A DNA stretch of 64,000 bases from Planctomycetota bacterium (GCA_965223505.1 CBDCWP010000026.1:64001-128000); one strand, 5' to 3'; shown: positions 49,185-59,972, counted from the first letter of the stretch. Notes: generated from the sequence alone by a model not told the origin. Translations and numbers: made by a program.

Positions 49185-50388
49185 GTACACGGACGTCGGT
49201 GGGACTACGCAGGTCTCAGATTCAAACGGGAATCTGACGGACAACGGAACGTATCTGTTCGAATACGACTACAGGAACCAGATCGTTCGCGTGAAACTGA
49301 AGTCAGATAGCTCGACTGTGGCGGAGTACCTCTACGACGCGCTGGGGCGGCGGGTCGAGAAGGAGGTAGGCGGCGACGTCTGGCGGTTCATCTACTCGGA
49401 CCTAGAGACAGTCGCCGTCTACGATGGGAGCAATAGCTGGCTGCAAGACTTCGTGTTCGGTCAACGAATCGATGAGGTCTTGATGCTCGAGCAGGCGGAC
49501 GTGCTCGACTTCGATGGGGATTCGAATACGACCGAGACGACGCGATCCTTCTACCATCTAAATGCCCTGGGGTCGGTGACTGAGATCACCGAGATGGACG
49601 AGGACGTTGCCGCCAGCTACCGCTACGACCCCTACGGCGCCGTGACGATTATTCGGAACAGCACCGAAGAGTCCGAGGACCCACTTGGGCAACCCTGGAT
49701 GTTCACAGGCAGGTTTGCCGATGAAGAGACGGGGATGTACTACTACCGCTCAAGGGCGTACGATCCGGAAGTTGGGAGATTCACTCAGCGAGACGGACTC
49801 AGCTACGCATCGGGTCCCAATCTATACGAGTACGTCGGGAGCCATCCTCCTTCCGGAAGAGATCCTCTCGGGCTTGAGGAAGAAGACACCGACGAGAAGA
49901 GCGCCGAAGACAAGCCGGACCAAGGTCCGGACACAGAGAAACTCATGAAGCCCAGGTGGCGGCCACCCGGCCGCGCAGGCTGGACCGCCGCATTTACGAA
50001 GGCACACCTCGAGTGGTGGGAGGTTATTATCCGCGAGTACGAGCTGCACGGGCATCCGGCGGAGCGCCGCCGTCCCGCTCCCGCGAAGCCCGAGAAAACC
50101 GCGTTCGACAAGGACGGCACGTCCCCACCGCCCTGGATGGTGATCCCCCATGTACCTGCAGGTGGGGGGGGGACGACCGTCTGCCCTGGGTCTGGGCCGA
50201 AGTCTCTGCGTGATTGGCTGGGTGATAAGGATCTGCCTCCGTGGCTGGTCGCGCCCCATCTTCTTGACGAACCGCTCGACGGCGAGAGTAACGCTGACGG
50301 CTCGGACGACGCGGGAAGTGACGGCGCGGGCAAGGGTGAGACAGAAGGCGACAAGAAGACCGGCGAGAGCGGGAAGCCCGCCAAGTAG
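49185..50388 (+). pseudogene. 5'-truncated Rhs-core protein with unknown C-terminal tip
   Basis: DSNGNL, YDALGRR, YDPYG, FTGR..D.ETG.YYY..R.YDP..GRF, P....DPLGL; frame open right up to the element end. Confidence 0.88.
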
Positions 50389-50501
50389 CGCCCCCCCGGG
50401 GGAGCTTGGCGGCCGCCCAATCACTTGAACCTGAAGCAGCGATTCGCGGTTCCGGTACGATAGCGATGTGGTGCCGTACGCACTCTCGGAGTTTCGCCCC
50501 G

Positions 50502-52010
50502 ATGGCCCTTCGTATGACTCTAGCGGTCACTCTTCTATTGGCAGCGCCTTCAATTTGGGCTGACGAGTCGCCAGAGATGGGACGCATGACGGAGGCAACA
50601 AGTGTTGTCGAGCGCAACCTTAGGATGCTGGTCCAGGGCCAAGAAGTTGGCGGTACGCGCGTCCGTGTCGGAAGGACGAAAGATGGGAACCGGCTGGCCG
50701 AGACCGAATCGCTTATCCGCATGACACTCGGGGACGGCGATCGCGACGACAGAGTGATCGAGTCGCGAGCATACTCGCTTGAGTGCTTCGACAGCGACGG
50801 CAGGATGCGTTGGATACGCACCCGAGCGACCGAAGGCGAAGCCGCGACGACGATGAGTGTCCGGTTCAGCGTCACCCACGCACGAATCAAGTGGGACTCG
50901 CCCGACGGCGATGGAGAGGAGCGCATCGAACTGCCCGCAGACTTTAGTTCGGACTACCAGGTCTTTCAGTCACTCGTGAGAGACTTCCGTCGGAACGAAT
51001 CAAGTGCGGCGTCGTACTCGAGATGGGTGGGGGGAGACATCCCGTTCGAAGCAGCTCAAATGACCGTCATTGAGAAGACGTCAGTCACGCATCGGGGCAA
51101 GAAGCACGACGGCTTTCTCATTCAGATGGAAGGGGGCCGAATCGTCGTGGACGCGGATTTCGTTCCCATGCGCGCTACTAGGTTCGGGATATACGAAATT
51201 AAGTGGATCGACGCCCCCCCCTTCGATTTCTCGCCTAGTGGCTGGAACGTAAGCAGTTCCATCCCGGTCGAAGGGCTGGCTCCGACCTCAAAGCACCTCG
51301 AATCGCTAGAGATGATCGCGACCCTCGTTGAAGATGATCCGGCGCCAGTGTTCTCGAGCAATCGATATCAGGACGTGAAAAGGGATGGAAAGACCTACTC
51401 TCTCACCCTAGGTTCGACGCGGCCCAAGTTAGCCGCCCGCCTTGAGTTTCCTCTTGAAGTCACAGATGAAAGGGCCAAGCACTATCTCTCGCCGACTCTC
51501 CTGAGCCAGTCCGACCACCCGCTGATCGTCGAACGGGCGAAGAAGATCGTAGACGGGTCGGGCGACGCGATTGAAGCCGCAACGCGCATCGTGCAATGGG
51601 TCTACACAAACCTTGAGAAGTCGAGCGGTACGATCAGTTCTGCGTCCTCCATTCAAGCCCTCAGGGCGAGAATCGGCGACTGCACCGAGCACGCGGCGCT
51701 TGTTGTGGCGCTTTGTCGTGCCGTTGGAATCCCCGCTCGCAACGTTCGTGGGATCATGTACTTCGTGGCACGCGGCGCGCCCAGAGCTGGATATCACGCG
51801 TGGGCGGAGATATGGCTGGGAGTGTGGACTGGTGTTGATGCGACTATTCCTGAGGTAGGGACTGCGGCCCGCTACATCCTACTCTACGTCGATGAGCCAG
51901 GGGAAAGCGTGAGTCTCGCTGAGCGCTCTCGAGCATTGCTCGGAAAAGTCCGCCTGCGCGTCACCGCATATAGGCCCCAAGGCGGAAAGCGAACGGTCGT
52001 AGAGCGCTGA
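50502..52010 (+). CDS. Secreted transglutaminase-like protein
   Basis: Signal peptide; GDCTEHA, YHAWAE, VDAT (Cys-His-Asp). Confidence 0.87.
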   Translation: MALRMTLAVTLLLAAPSIWADESPEMGRMTEATSVVERNLRMLVQGQEVGGTRVRVGRTKDGNRLAETESLIRMTLGDGDRDDRVIESRAYSLECFDSDGRMRWIRTRATEGEAATTMSVRFSVTHARIKWDSPDGDGEERIELPADFSSDYQVFQSLVRDFRRNESSAASYSRWVGGDIPFEAAQMTVIEKTSVTHRGKKHDGFLIQMEGGRIVVDADFVPMRATRFGIYEIKWIDAPPFDFSPSGWNVSSSIPVEGLAPTSKHLESLEMIATLVEDDPAPVFSSNRYQDVKRDGKTYSLTLGSTRPKLAARLEFPLEVTDERAKHYLSPTLLSQSDHPLIVERAKKIVDGSGDAIEAATRIVQWVYTNLEKSSGTISSASSIQALRARIGDCTEHAALVVALCRAVGIPARNVRGIMYFVARGAPRAGYHAWAEIWLGVWTGVDATIPEVGTAARYILLYVDEPGESVSLAERSRALLGKVRLRVTAYRPQGGKRTVVER

Positions 52011-52047
52011 GTTCACTCGCGTTCAGTCGCCAACTCGCTGAGCGATC

Positions 52048-53121
52048 CTACTTGTTGGAGAGAGCGCGCAAGATGCCGGAGTTCGAGTCGGCGACAGCGG
52101 CAATCGAGTCTCCGTCGCCCAAACCTAGCTGGCTGCGAGTCATGACTCTCACACTTCCGTTGGCGAAACCAACGATAGCCACGTCGCGAAAGTGAAGGTC
52201 GGCTACTAGCGGCTCCGAGCCGCTGCCGTCTTCGGACGCTAGCCTGTAGGCAGCTTCCGCGTTGCGCCGGCCGGCGTACGACGTCAGGTCGCTGAAGTCG
52301 TCGACGCGTGAGAACTCACCGCTCGCGATCGCGTCATAGCGACTTCGCCCCACTGACGCAAGTGAGCGGTGCCTGTCCGCCGGACTGAAGAGGATCTCTA
52401 GATGGGCCTCACCGCGAACATCCAGTCGGCCATCCGCCACGAGCGCGACAATGAACGCCTTCCCGGAATAGGGCGGATACCCTCCCGTGTTCGGCTTGTT
52501 GAGTGCAGTCAGGATCTTTCGGATGTTGTCGATAGAGCGAGCCTGGTCAGCTGCGACCCGCTGCCCCGCCAGCAAGCCCTTCATGTAGCGTCCAGGTGAC
52601 TTCGCGGACTCCGCCCACTGACGCTTCAGAAACGTAGTCATCATGCCATGAGCACCCGTACCGGTATCCACGAGCATCGGCCGCCCCGTGTTCGACGAAG
52701 TAGCCCAATCGAGATGGACGCGCCGAGAGCCAACTGTGTACGTCACCCTCCGCGACCCAGTCGAGAGTTCGCTTGAGACCAGCTCAGTTTCAGCCGGATT
52801 GTCTGGTCTGGGGGCCCTATCGATCAGACTGACCACGAGAAATCGCGCAAGATCGCGCATTAGTGAGTCGCTCTCGGCGGCCAGACTCGCGACGGCACGA
52901 ACGCCAAAGACCCGTCGCGCGATCTCAGGCACGTCAACATAGCGCGCCAGAACATCGAGGCTATCGGGCTCACCCAAATTCGCCGGAACCCGTAGGAGAT
53001 TGCGGGTTGCCGCGGTGACTGCCTCCTCGCTCGGTGCACGTACTCCGTCGTTTTCCTTCGCGGACACGTGCACTACGCCCCAGAGACCAAGAACAACAGC
53101 TATGCAAAGCGCGCGACGCAT
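52048..53121 (-). CDS. Secreted protein: possible MlaC-like N-domain + C-domain paralogous to 57301-57873
   Basis: GGAGG RBS; signal peptide; HLEILFSP.D, LTSYAG, GFANGSVR. Confidence 0.7.
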   Translation of the reverse strand: MRRALCIAVVLGLWGVVHVSAKENDGVRAPSEEAVTAATRNLLRVPANLGEPDSLDVLARYVDVPEIARRVFGVRAVASLAAESDSLMRDLARFLVVSLIDRAPRPDNPAETELVSSELSTGSRRVTYTVGSRRVHLDWATSSNTGRPMLVDTGTGAHGMMTTFLKRQWAESAKSPGRYMKGLLAGQRVAADQARSIDNIRKILTALNKPNTGGYPPYSGKAFIVALVADGRLDVRGEAHLEILFSPADRHRSLASVGRSRYDAIASGEFSRVDDFSDLTSYAGRRNAEAAYRLASEDGSGSEPLVADLHFRDVAIVGFANGSVRVMTRSQLGLGDGDSIAAVADSNSGILRALSNK

Positions 53122-53260
53122 GTGAATCCTCCGTGCCACTTCCGCCAGAACACGGCGAAGGGCAGCCGCGCTCATCCCCGGTCTCGACGGCCCGCCACAG
53201 GATACCGTAGGTTGTCGCTCCCACGCCGACGGCGATCGTGCAGAGTCGTGCACGGACGTG

Positions 53261-53543
53261 CGCACAGTCATGCCGATTTGTGGCAAAGACACCCGAGGCT
53301 GAATCTGCAACTTACGCCGTTGCAAACAGTTACGACTTGGGCTCGCCGGCCTGTCAAGCCGGAGGTCGCGGGTTCGAGTCCCGTCACTCCCGCCATTCTT
53401 GTTGCGCCCAGTTGCACTATCTCGCGCCCCGGTGCGCACTTCGGGCGATCTCGCGCCACGGCCGCCGATTCCTTACATCTCGCAACGATGTGCGAGGAAG
53501 TGCGAGGTCGTGGCAGAAGAACAGCAAAGAAGTGGTCATAGTC
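53261..53543 (+). repeat. attP-like junction: upstream arm + 52-bp tRNA-Asp core + downstream arm
   Basis: Core 53344-53395; arms 53261-53290 and 53504-53543 shared with the 58037-58320 junction. Confidence 0.88.
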
Positions 53544-53574
53544 ACTTTGCGGCGCGGGTTCTTCGTGGACCCAC

Positions 53575-54509
53575 TCACACCTTCCAGAGGAGCTGACTTC
53601 CCTCTCGGCGCACGCGGCCTCGCTGTACCAGCACATCCAGCCCCAGGCTCATGCGGGCCTTCAGTTGCTTGCCCATTCGGTTGAACCCTAGGACACGGCC
53701 GGCCTCGCGAGACAAGTCGTCCGCGTCCATGCTGACTTGGTCGCGCAGCACCGCTGCAGCGGCGTTGGCAACCTCTTCGGGGGGGATTTCGTTCGCGTTG
53801 CGGCGGTCCCGATCTTCACGGCCCTGGACTCTCACGACGTCGTACGTGCGGGGGTCCTGGTGCGAGGCCCATAGGAACGTCGACGGTCCGGCCTTCGTCT
53901 CGATCAATGCGAGAGGTCGCAGTGCCTGCGCCATGCGACCAAGGACACGGTCTGTTGCTTTCTGGAGCCCGAATGCCTCCACAACCCGGCGGCAGAGCAA
54001 GCGGTACTCGATCGGTGCCTCTTGGTCGAGCACGCGCTGGGCGAGTTCCTGTATTGCTGCGGTTCGGGAGCTTGAATAGAAGGCATCCGGTCCGCCACGG
54101 GCCTTGAGCACCGGGGTTGCTCGGTACGTCCGGCCCGCCGGCGCGAACACCTGTTTCGCTGGCGCGGGTGAAGGTGAAGCTACGGCCGCCATGTGTGCAC
54201 TGGACGCGAAGAGGCCGGAGCTAGTCGCCATGACGTCATCAGCTCCGCCGCCTTCGGCATTGGTTGAGGTGGGACGTCCGAGTTCCTCAAAACGTTGAAC
54301 GACACGCTCAATCTCGCGATCCGGATCCAGCCACCAGTCCGTCGACCAGATGCGGTGCAATGACCAACCGAGACTTTCCAACACGGCTTGTCGTAGGCGG
54401 TCTCGGTCACGAGCCGTCTTGCCGCTGTGGTACATGGCTCCGTCGCACTCAATCCCCAATCGGAACCGGCCCGGCACGTCGGGGTCCTTGATGCCAAGAT
54501 CGACACGGT
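53575..54509 (-). pseudogene. 3' fragment of a large helicase/Vsr-like nuclease/DUF3320-type protein
   Basis: VDLGI.DP..PGRF.LGIECDGAMYHS..TARDRDRLRQAVLE.LGW..HRIWSTDW; 5' part replaced by transposon DNA. Confidence 0.82.
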
Positions 54510-55298
54510 GAGGCGCCTGCTACGGGTGGCGCTGCGTCGATGGCGCTGGTATCGGAGGCGGCTAAAGTGGGTTCGTGCCGGGGCGGTGTGGGCGGCGGAC
54601 TTCACCAGGCCCAAGGCTGGCCTGTGGCAGGGCAAGGATCGACTGTTCCTGGTTCGCGATCTCGGAAGCGGAGCGCAGCTGGCGGCCGTAGCCTGCCGGG
54701 GCGAGAAGACGAAGACTGTGTGCTCGGTGCTGCTCGCTTTGATCACGCTGTTCGGAGCGCCGCTCGTTCTGAAGAAGGACAACGCCGGCGCGTTTCGCTC
54801 GGAGCAAACGAAGGCGTTGCTCGAGGAGCACGGCATCACGCCACTCACGTCGCCGCCGTACACGCCCGCCTACAACGGCGCGTGCGAACGAAGCGGCGGC
54901 AACTTCAAGCGACGTGTGGAGCACATCGCGCAGATGGAAGAACATCCCCGCATCTGGCTCCCTCAAAACCTCGACGACGCCTTGCTCGTTGCGAATACGA
55001 CGGCGAGGCCATGGGGTGCGACCGGGCCCACGCCGGCGGAGGCCCTCGAAGACCGCCGGCCCATCACGAGGCAAGAGAGAACAGCATTCGAGCACGATCT
55101 GAAGTTCGAGACCGATGCCGCGCTCAAGACATTCAAGGAAAGAAACGCTAGAATGCCGATGTGCATCGAGCGCGCGTCAATCGACCGCAGCGCGACGCAG
55201 AGAACGCTCTGCAAGCACGGCTATCTACAGTTCCGGAGAGGGCGCTTATCAACACTAGTTTCCGCTTGGCGGACGCGGCCTAACGCGTAGGGGACACA
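54510..55298 (+). mobile_element. Truncated copy of the dual-DDE element (3' part of ORF4 + right end)
   Basis: Near-identical to about 48396-49184; ends GGGACACA. Confidence 0.92.
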
Positions 55299-55299
55299 G

Positions 55300-55801
55300 A
55301 AGCACCATGCCGAGAAAGAATGGACCTGGACTATGGTCTGTGATCCACAGGACAGCCTTTACTACGTGACGTCGCACTACACAACGTCAGCGCAAAGCTA
55401 CATGTTCACAGAGGTTGACGATATCCTGGACTGTGATTACGCCAACGCGATTAACTACATTCGGATCAAGAACAGAGGTTGACGATATCCTGGACTGTGA
55501 TTACGCCAACGCGATTAACTACATTCGGATCAAGAACGACAATCTGGGCGAAGCATACCGCACCTACAAGGACGAGATTGAATCTGAGAACACCAATTCC
55601 AGTTCAGAAAATGTCAGAAGCAAGCAAAGCGGCACCGGAACAACGGCCGCAGTCGGGGATGGGTCGTTGTTCAGCGCGAGCACGAAGATAGAGTGTCACA
55701 CGTACGCAAAGAGCGAAGCACACGCACACGGCAACTTGGTCGAGTACACCTGTGGCCCGAATTTCCTTCCGATTCCAGCACCTCCGGATGACGACGACTA
55801 G
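55300..55801 (+). pseudogene. 5'-truncated ORF frameshifted by a 64-bp tandem duplication
   Basis: Removing one repeat unit gives a single open frame from the element end to the stop at 55801. Confidence 0.65.
55408..55535 (+). repeat. Perfect 64-bp tandem duplication
   Basis: ACAGAGGTTGACGATATCC...CGGATCAAGA at 55408-55471 and 55472-55535. Confidence 0.95.
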
Positions 55802-55807
55802 GCTCCT

Positions 55808-57295
55808 TTGCGATTCCGTACCGTCGTTTTCCTTCTGGTCTTGGCAGTGGCGGGCGCCTTCTCATGGGTCGCGATACGAGACCGGCCGCACGCCAACAGT
55901 ACTCAGCAGACTGGCGCATGGCCCATTCCCGCTACTGAATCACCATCGCTTTCGGGCGCGGCAGCTCAGACGCGGCCAGACGATGAGGCCCCATCGCGTC
56001 ATGATCCGCTATCGCGGCGCATGCGAGCGCTAAGTGATGCGATCTTGAACGCGGGTCCGATGGAAGTCAGGGCGACCCTGATGTCTCTCGCAGAGCTTGT
56101 ATGCCGTGACCCGAGACTTGCAGGTCGGCTTGCGTCCGAGGCCCTGAGTGCTAGCGAGCGCGGGAACCAACGCCTCGCGGCCGACATTCTCTATGCGATG
56201 GGGCGATGCAAGAACAGCGAGGTCTTGGAACACTTGATCCGAGTGCTCCGGGACGAAGACGCGCCCGCGCCGCTACGCGGAGCCGCAGCGATCGGCCTGG
56301 CGCAGCGTCGAGTTATCGACCTGCGCTACAGGGCCGGGCGAGTGGGAATTGCATTCGGCGATACGCATCTTGACGGGCCAATCGAAGAGGCGTTTGTACG
56401 AGAGGCCATACTCGAAACACTTGTCACCATGTTTCGTGATCGGAACATCTCCAAGGAACACAGCGGCCATACCCTTTACCAGTTAATTCATGCGCTTGGA
56501 GGCAGCGCCACAGTGGACCATGGCGTGTTTTCGACACTGGAAGAGATCGGAGATGCGGCTCCTAGCTACACACCCTGGGTTCTGTCTGCGTTCCAACTCT
56601 CCCTTGGCAGCAGCCAGGCGGCGTATGCCAGGGCGATATTGTTTCGCCCCGATGCAGACGACGCCACCCTTCAAGCTGCGATGTCGCTATTGATCCGTTC
56701 GGACCTAAAGGGGGCGGCTGCTATCGCGGCGTCTCTCCTCGCCGCACGTTCCGGCTCCGATGCCGTCGCGCTCCTAACCGCAATGGGCACCATAGGCGTT
56801 GTCGAGGAGGGCGAAATGCATGCAGTTGAAGCGCTGTGTCAAGCGGCGGTTGAGTGGGCGCGGCAGCATCCGACAGTTCGGCTAGAGGACCAAACCGAGG
56901 TGAGTACTGGAAGCGCATTGCAAGGGGTGCTCAGCGTGGCTCTCGCTCGAGGCGCATCCGAGTCGAGAGTCATAGTAGGGTACTGCGCGAACGCCTTACT
57001 CGAACGCCTCGAGTCAGACAATTTGTCATCCGATCGGGAGCTGGCAATCGCTGTCCAAACATGCGTGTCGCTCGGTCGGTCACAGTTCATTGACGAGTTC
57101 GTCTCGCGGCTAAGGGGAAGCACCCTGAACTCTGAACGTTTGGCGCATACGATACTCTCCATTCGCCAAGGGACATCGCGCAAGAGATGGGAGAAGTTTG
57201 AGGCGAGAATACTCAGCCTCCTGGACCGTCTTCCACCAGAACTGATGAAGCGCACCGAGAAGGCCCTAGGAGAGTTCCCAGACCCACGGAAGTAG
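55808..57295 (+). CDS. Exported HEAT-like helical repeat protein
   Basis: N-terminal hydrophobic segment; LIRVLRDED...LRGAAAIGLA. Confidence 0.65.
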   Translation: MRFRTVVFLLVLAVAGAFSWVAIRDRPHANSTQQTGAWPIPATESPSLSGAAAQTRPDDEAPSRHDPLSRRMRALSDAILNAGPMEVRATLMSLAELVCRDPRLAGRLASEALSASERGNQRLAADILYAMGRCKNSEVLEHLIRVLRDEDAPAPLRGAAAIGLAQRRVIDLRYRAGRVGIAFGDTHLDGPIEEAFVREAILETLVTMFRDRNISKEHSGHTLYQLIHALGGSATVDHGVFSTLEEIGDAAPSYTPWVLSAFQLSLGSSQAAYARAILFRPDADDATLQAAMSLLIRSDLKGAAAIAASLLAARSGSDAVALLTAMGTIGVVEEGEMHAVEALCQAAVEWARQHPTVRLEDQTEVSTGSALQGVLSVALARGASESRVIVGYCANALLERLESDNLSSDRELAIAVQTCVSLGRSQFIDEFVSRLRGSTLNSERLAHTILSIRQGTSRKRWEKFEARILSLLDRLPPELMKRTEKALGEFPDPRK

Positions 57296-57300
57296 CGCCT

Positions 57301-57873
57301 CTACTCGGAGAGGAGTCTCAGCAATGGTGACAATGAGTCAGGCCCGGCGCGAATCGGGTCGTCCCCAGAAATTCCAAGCTCCTCGCGGCTGAGAACTCTC
57401 ACGGAGCCGTCAAAGAACGCAATGACCGCGAAGTCCTCGAAGCACAGCTCAGCGATCAGCGGGGGAGGAAGACTAGACTGCCTTGGTTCGTTTGCGCGAT
57501 CGGTGCTGCGCCCGACCGGACCTACGAAGCTCGTCAGATTCGGGAACCGCTCGCTTCTGAGCGCCTCTCCGGTGACCATCGCGTAGGCGCCTGCCGCCGG
57601 TCGCCGGCGACTGTCGTTCGGCGAGAAGAGGAGTTCAAGGTGATCCGGGTTTCTGAGCGGGTCGAGAGTGCCGTCCGCAACCAGCGAAAGGACGTAGCTC
57701 TTCCCGACTTCGATCCGGTTGGCGCTCGATCGCATCAGCAGGGCTGAAAGCGTCTTCAGCCTGTCAACGGAGACACTCAGATCGCGGTCCAAACTCGAGT
57801 GTGCAGGCGTGAGCAGCCACGCGCCGAGCGCTGCGGCGGCCACAAACAGCAGAAGAGCTACGTATCTTGACAC
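57301..57873 (-). CDS. Exported protein, paralog of the C-domain of 52048-53121 (H-X9-DG-like tail)
   Basis: GKSYVLSLVADG.LD, HLELLFSP.D, LTSFVG, AFFDGSVRV. Confidence 0.72.
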   Translation of the reverse strand: MSRYVALLLFVAAAALGAWLLTPAHSSLDRDLSVSVDRLKTLSALLMRSSANRIEVGKSYVLSLVADGTLDPLRNPDHLELLFSPNDSRRRPAAGAYAMVTGEALRSERFPNLTSFVGPVGRSTDRANEPRQSSLPPPLIAELCFEDFAVIAFFDGSVRVLSREELGISGDDPIRAGPDSLSPLLRLLSE

Positions 57874-58036
57874 ACCTCTTTCATTTTACTCCAGTGGAGC
57901 AACTTCGCCACTGTATCGAGCGTGTCGACCCCATCGCGCGCGGGCAAGGTGGCCCGGTCGGTCGAGACGGACCTCGCGCGCCAACGATCGTCGGAGCCAT
58001 CGCCGCTCGCTCAACGCGAGGTCGTGCAACGACGCG

Positions 58037-58320
58037 CGCACAGTCATGCAGATTTGTGGCAAAGACGCTCGCGGCCGGTCTTGCAACTGACGCCGTTGCA
58101 AGCAGTTACGACTTGGCCTCGCCGGCCTGTCAAGCCGGAGGTCGCGGGTTCGAGTCCCGTCACTCCCGCCAGTCTTCTTGCACGACGTCGCCCCAACTTG
58201 CGCGACGTTGCACGCTTGCGGCGATCTCCCTAGCGGAGCGCCCGATCCCTTACTTCTCGCAGCAATGTGCAAGGACGTGCGAGGTCGTGGCAGAAGAACA
58301 GCAAAGAAGTGGTCATAGTC
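58037..58320 (+). repeat. Second attP-like junction
   Basis: Core 58120-58171; arms 58037-58066 and 58281-58320. Confidence 0.88.
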
Positions 58321-58432
58321 ACTTGGCGCTTCTCAGTCAGCCGGCCGAGTGTGGCGTTCCGACCGATCGGCAGGGACGGAGTGGTGACCCGGGTCCCAAC
58401 TTCCGGTTACCGAGCGGGGTGAAGCTACTCGC

Positions 58433-59957
58433 GTGAGGCGTTGTCTTCCCCATCTGCTCTTGCTCGGCGCCATCACACTGGTAACAGCCTTCACGGCCTC
58501 GACGGTCGGAGAAACGTCTGCAGCACCTGAGGCCGACGCTGGCGGGCCGTGCGGCCTACCCGACAGCGGTGCCGTCTGCGAACGGCCGCTTCTCGGCGCG
58601 AAGCCATCAGACGGAATCGATGAAAGTCCTTGGACGCAATCGCCGCCAGTCGAGCTTCCGACGAAGGCCCGCGGGCTCGGCGCGAGACCGTTTGGCGGCA
58701 TGGATTTCGATCCTTGGACGCAATCATCGCCCACCGATCCTCGGACGCAGTTGCCACCGGCCGTTCCGCGGAAGCGATCGCCGCCCGCCGTTGTTCCGTC
58801 GCGAGCCGGACGGCGCGACAAGAGCAAAGAGAAGTGGCGAGTTCAACGCGCACTACCGGGTACGAACGGCGAACTGATCGTCGCTGAGGAGTATCTCGAA
58901 GAAGCGAGCGCGACCAAAGCGGCCCTCGTCGCCTATGACCTGTCCTCGCTTGCACCTAGTTTCCGTGGGCATAGCGCCTCCGCGCCGCTCAAAGGCCACG
59001 AGCCACTTGCTGCATGGCCCCCCCGCGACCATGACTGGTGGACCCGGCTCGCTACGGCCATCGTGGACAGGGTCGGCGAATCCGGCTGGGCGAAAGACAG
59101 TACGCTCCTCGCCTGGGACAAGGAACGGGCGCTGCTCTTCGCGGCTAGGGGACATCGACCTCGAGGTGTCGTGGTGCACGCACGCACCTCGCTTCGGGAC
59201 GTTCTCGACGAGTCTCGTTGGATCCCACGTCAACGTCACGATCGAGATCCCAGACACAGACCCGTTGAGCTGGCGAGGCCGCCTGCCCGCAGTGCCGGGC
59301 ACCAGCTCGGTGATCCCCCTGGGCGAGGGCCTCTCGTGTGAAATCGAAGTAGGCGAGCCGAAGCGCGCCGACCGACCCCTGAAGCGCACCTGGCGCCGCG
59401 CCTCACCGTCGTTAGGTCCCCCACCCCCAGCGGGCGAGGGCTCGGTACTCGTGTTCGATCTCTCAGGCTCCGAGAGCGGGAAACTCGGCGAGGGGCAAGT
59501 CACCCTGCGTGGCCCACATCAGGTCGTCCAAAGTGATGTCCGACGCTGTTCTCCTGCGTGGCTTGCGGCGGCGTACGACCGAGACCCTCTCCGACCGCCA
59601 GGAGTCGGCACCGGACCCGTTGCCTGTGGGCAGATTCGCGTGCAGGCATCGTCGTTCGACGCCACCCGCGAGCCCTCTCGTATCGATCTTGTGCTCGTGG
59701 TCAGCGAGTGGACCGGGGACACACGGCTAGTTCAACTGCGACCTGGCGGCACGCCGGAGTTTGACCGCAGCCGCTTAGTGGAACTTCCGTCGGATCATGC
59801 CGTGGTCACGAGCCGCCACGTTTTCATTTCGCCGGAAGGCGAAGGCTCCGTCTCCTTTGCCGGCGACATCGGCCGCGGTCCCGAGCTCTTCACCCTTGCC
59901 TTACAGCGACGTCAGGTGCCGCAAGATACGGATGCAGGCTCGCGTCGCGGGCAGTGA
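58433..59957 (+). pseudogene. Secreted hypothetical protein, probably frameshifted near 59150
   Basis: Signal peptide in 58433 frame; protein-like sequence continues in the 58935 frame after about 59150. Confidence 0.5.
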
Positions 59958-59972
59958 CCAGTCAGGAAGCAC

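Larger units (their letters stand above)
32366..53395. mobile_element. Integrated element 1 (about 21 kb; satellite/IME-like) at tRNA-Asp
   Basis: Bounded by exact 52-bp direct repeats of the tRNA 3' end; contains tyrosine integrase, prim-pol, xis. Confidence 0.85.
53344..58171. mobile_element. Integrated element 2 (about 4.8 kb, no integrase, internally deleted)
   Basis: Bounded by two exact tRNA cores with arms. Confidence 0.75.

Noticed and set aside
54427..55290. Intact 287-aa transposase
   Set aside because: Its N-terminus is antisense helicase DNA; a chance in-frame fusion at the deletion junction
55408..55535. CRISPR array
   Set aside because: Two abutting identical units with no spacer and no cas genes in the window
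53344..58171. Extra tRNA-Asp genes at 53344 and 58120
   Set aside because: Only the 3' 52 bp are present; the 5' acceptor strand and D-arm are missing, so these are att cores
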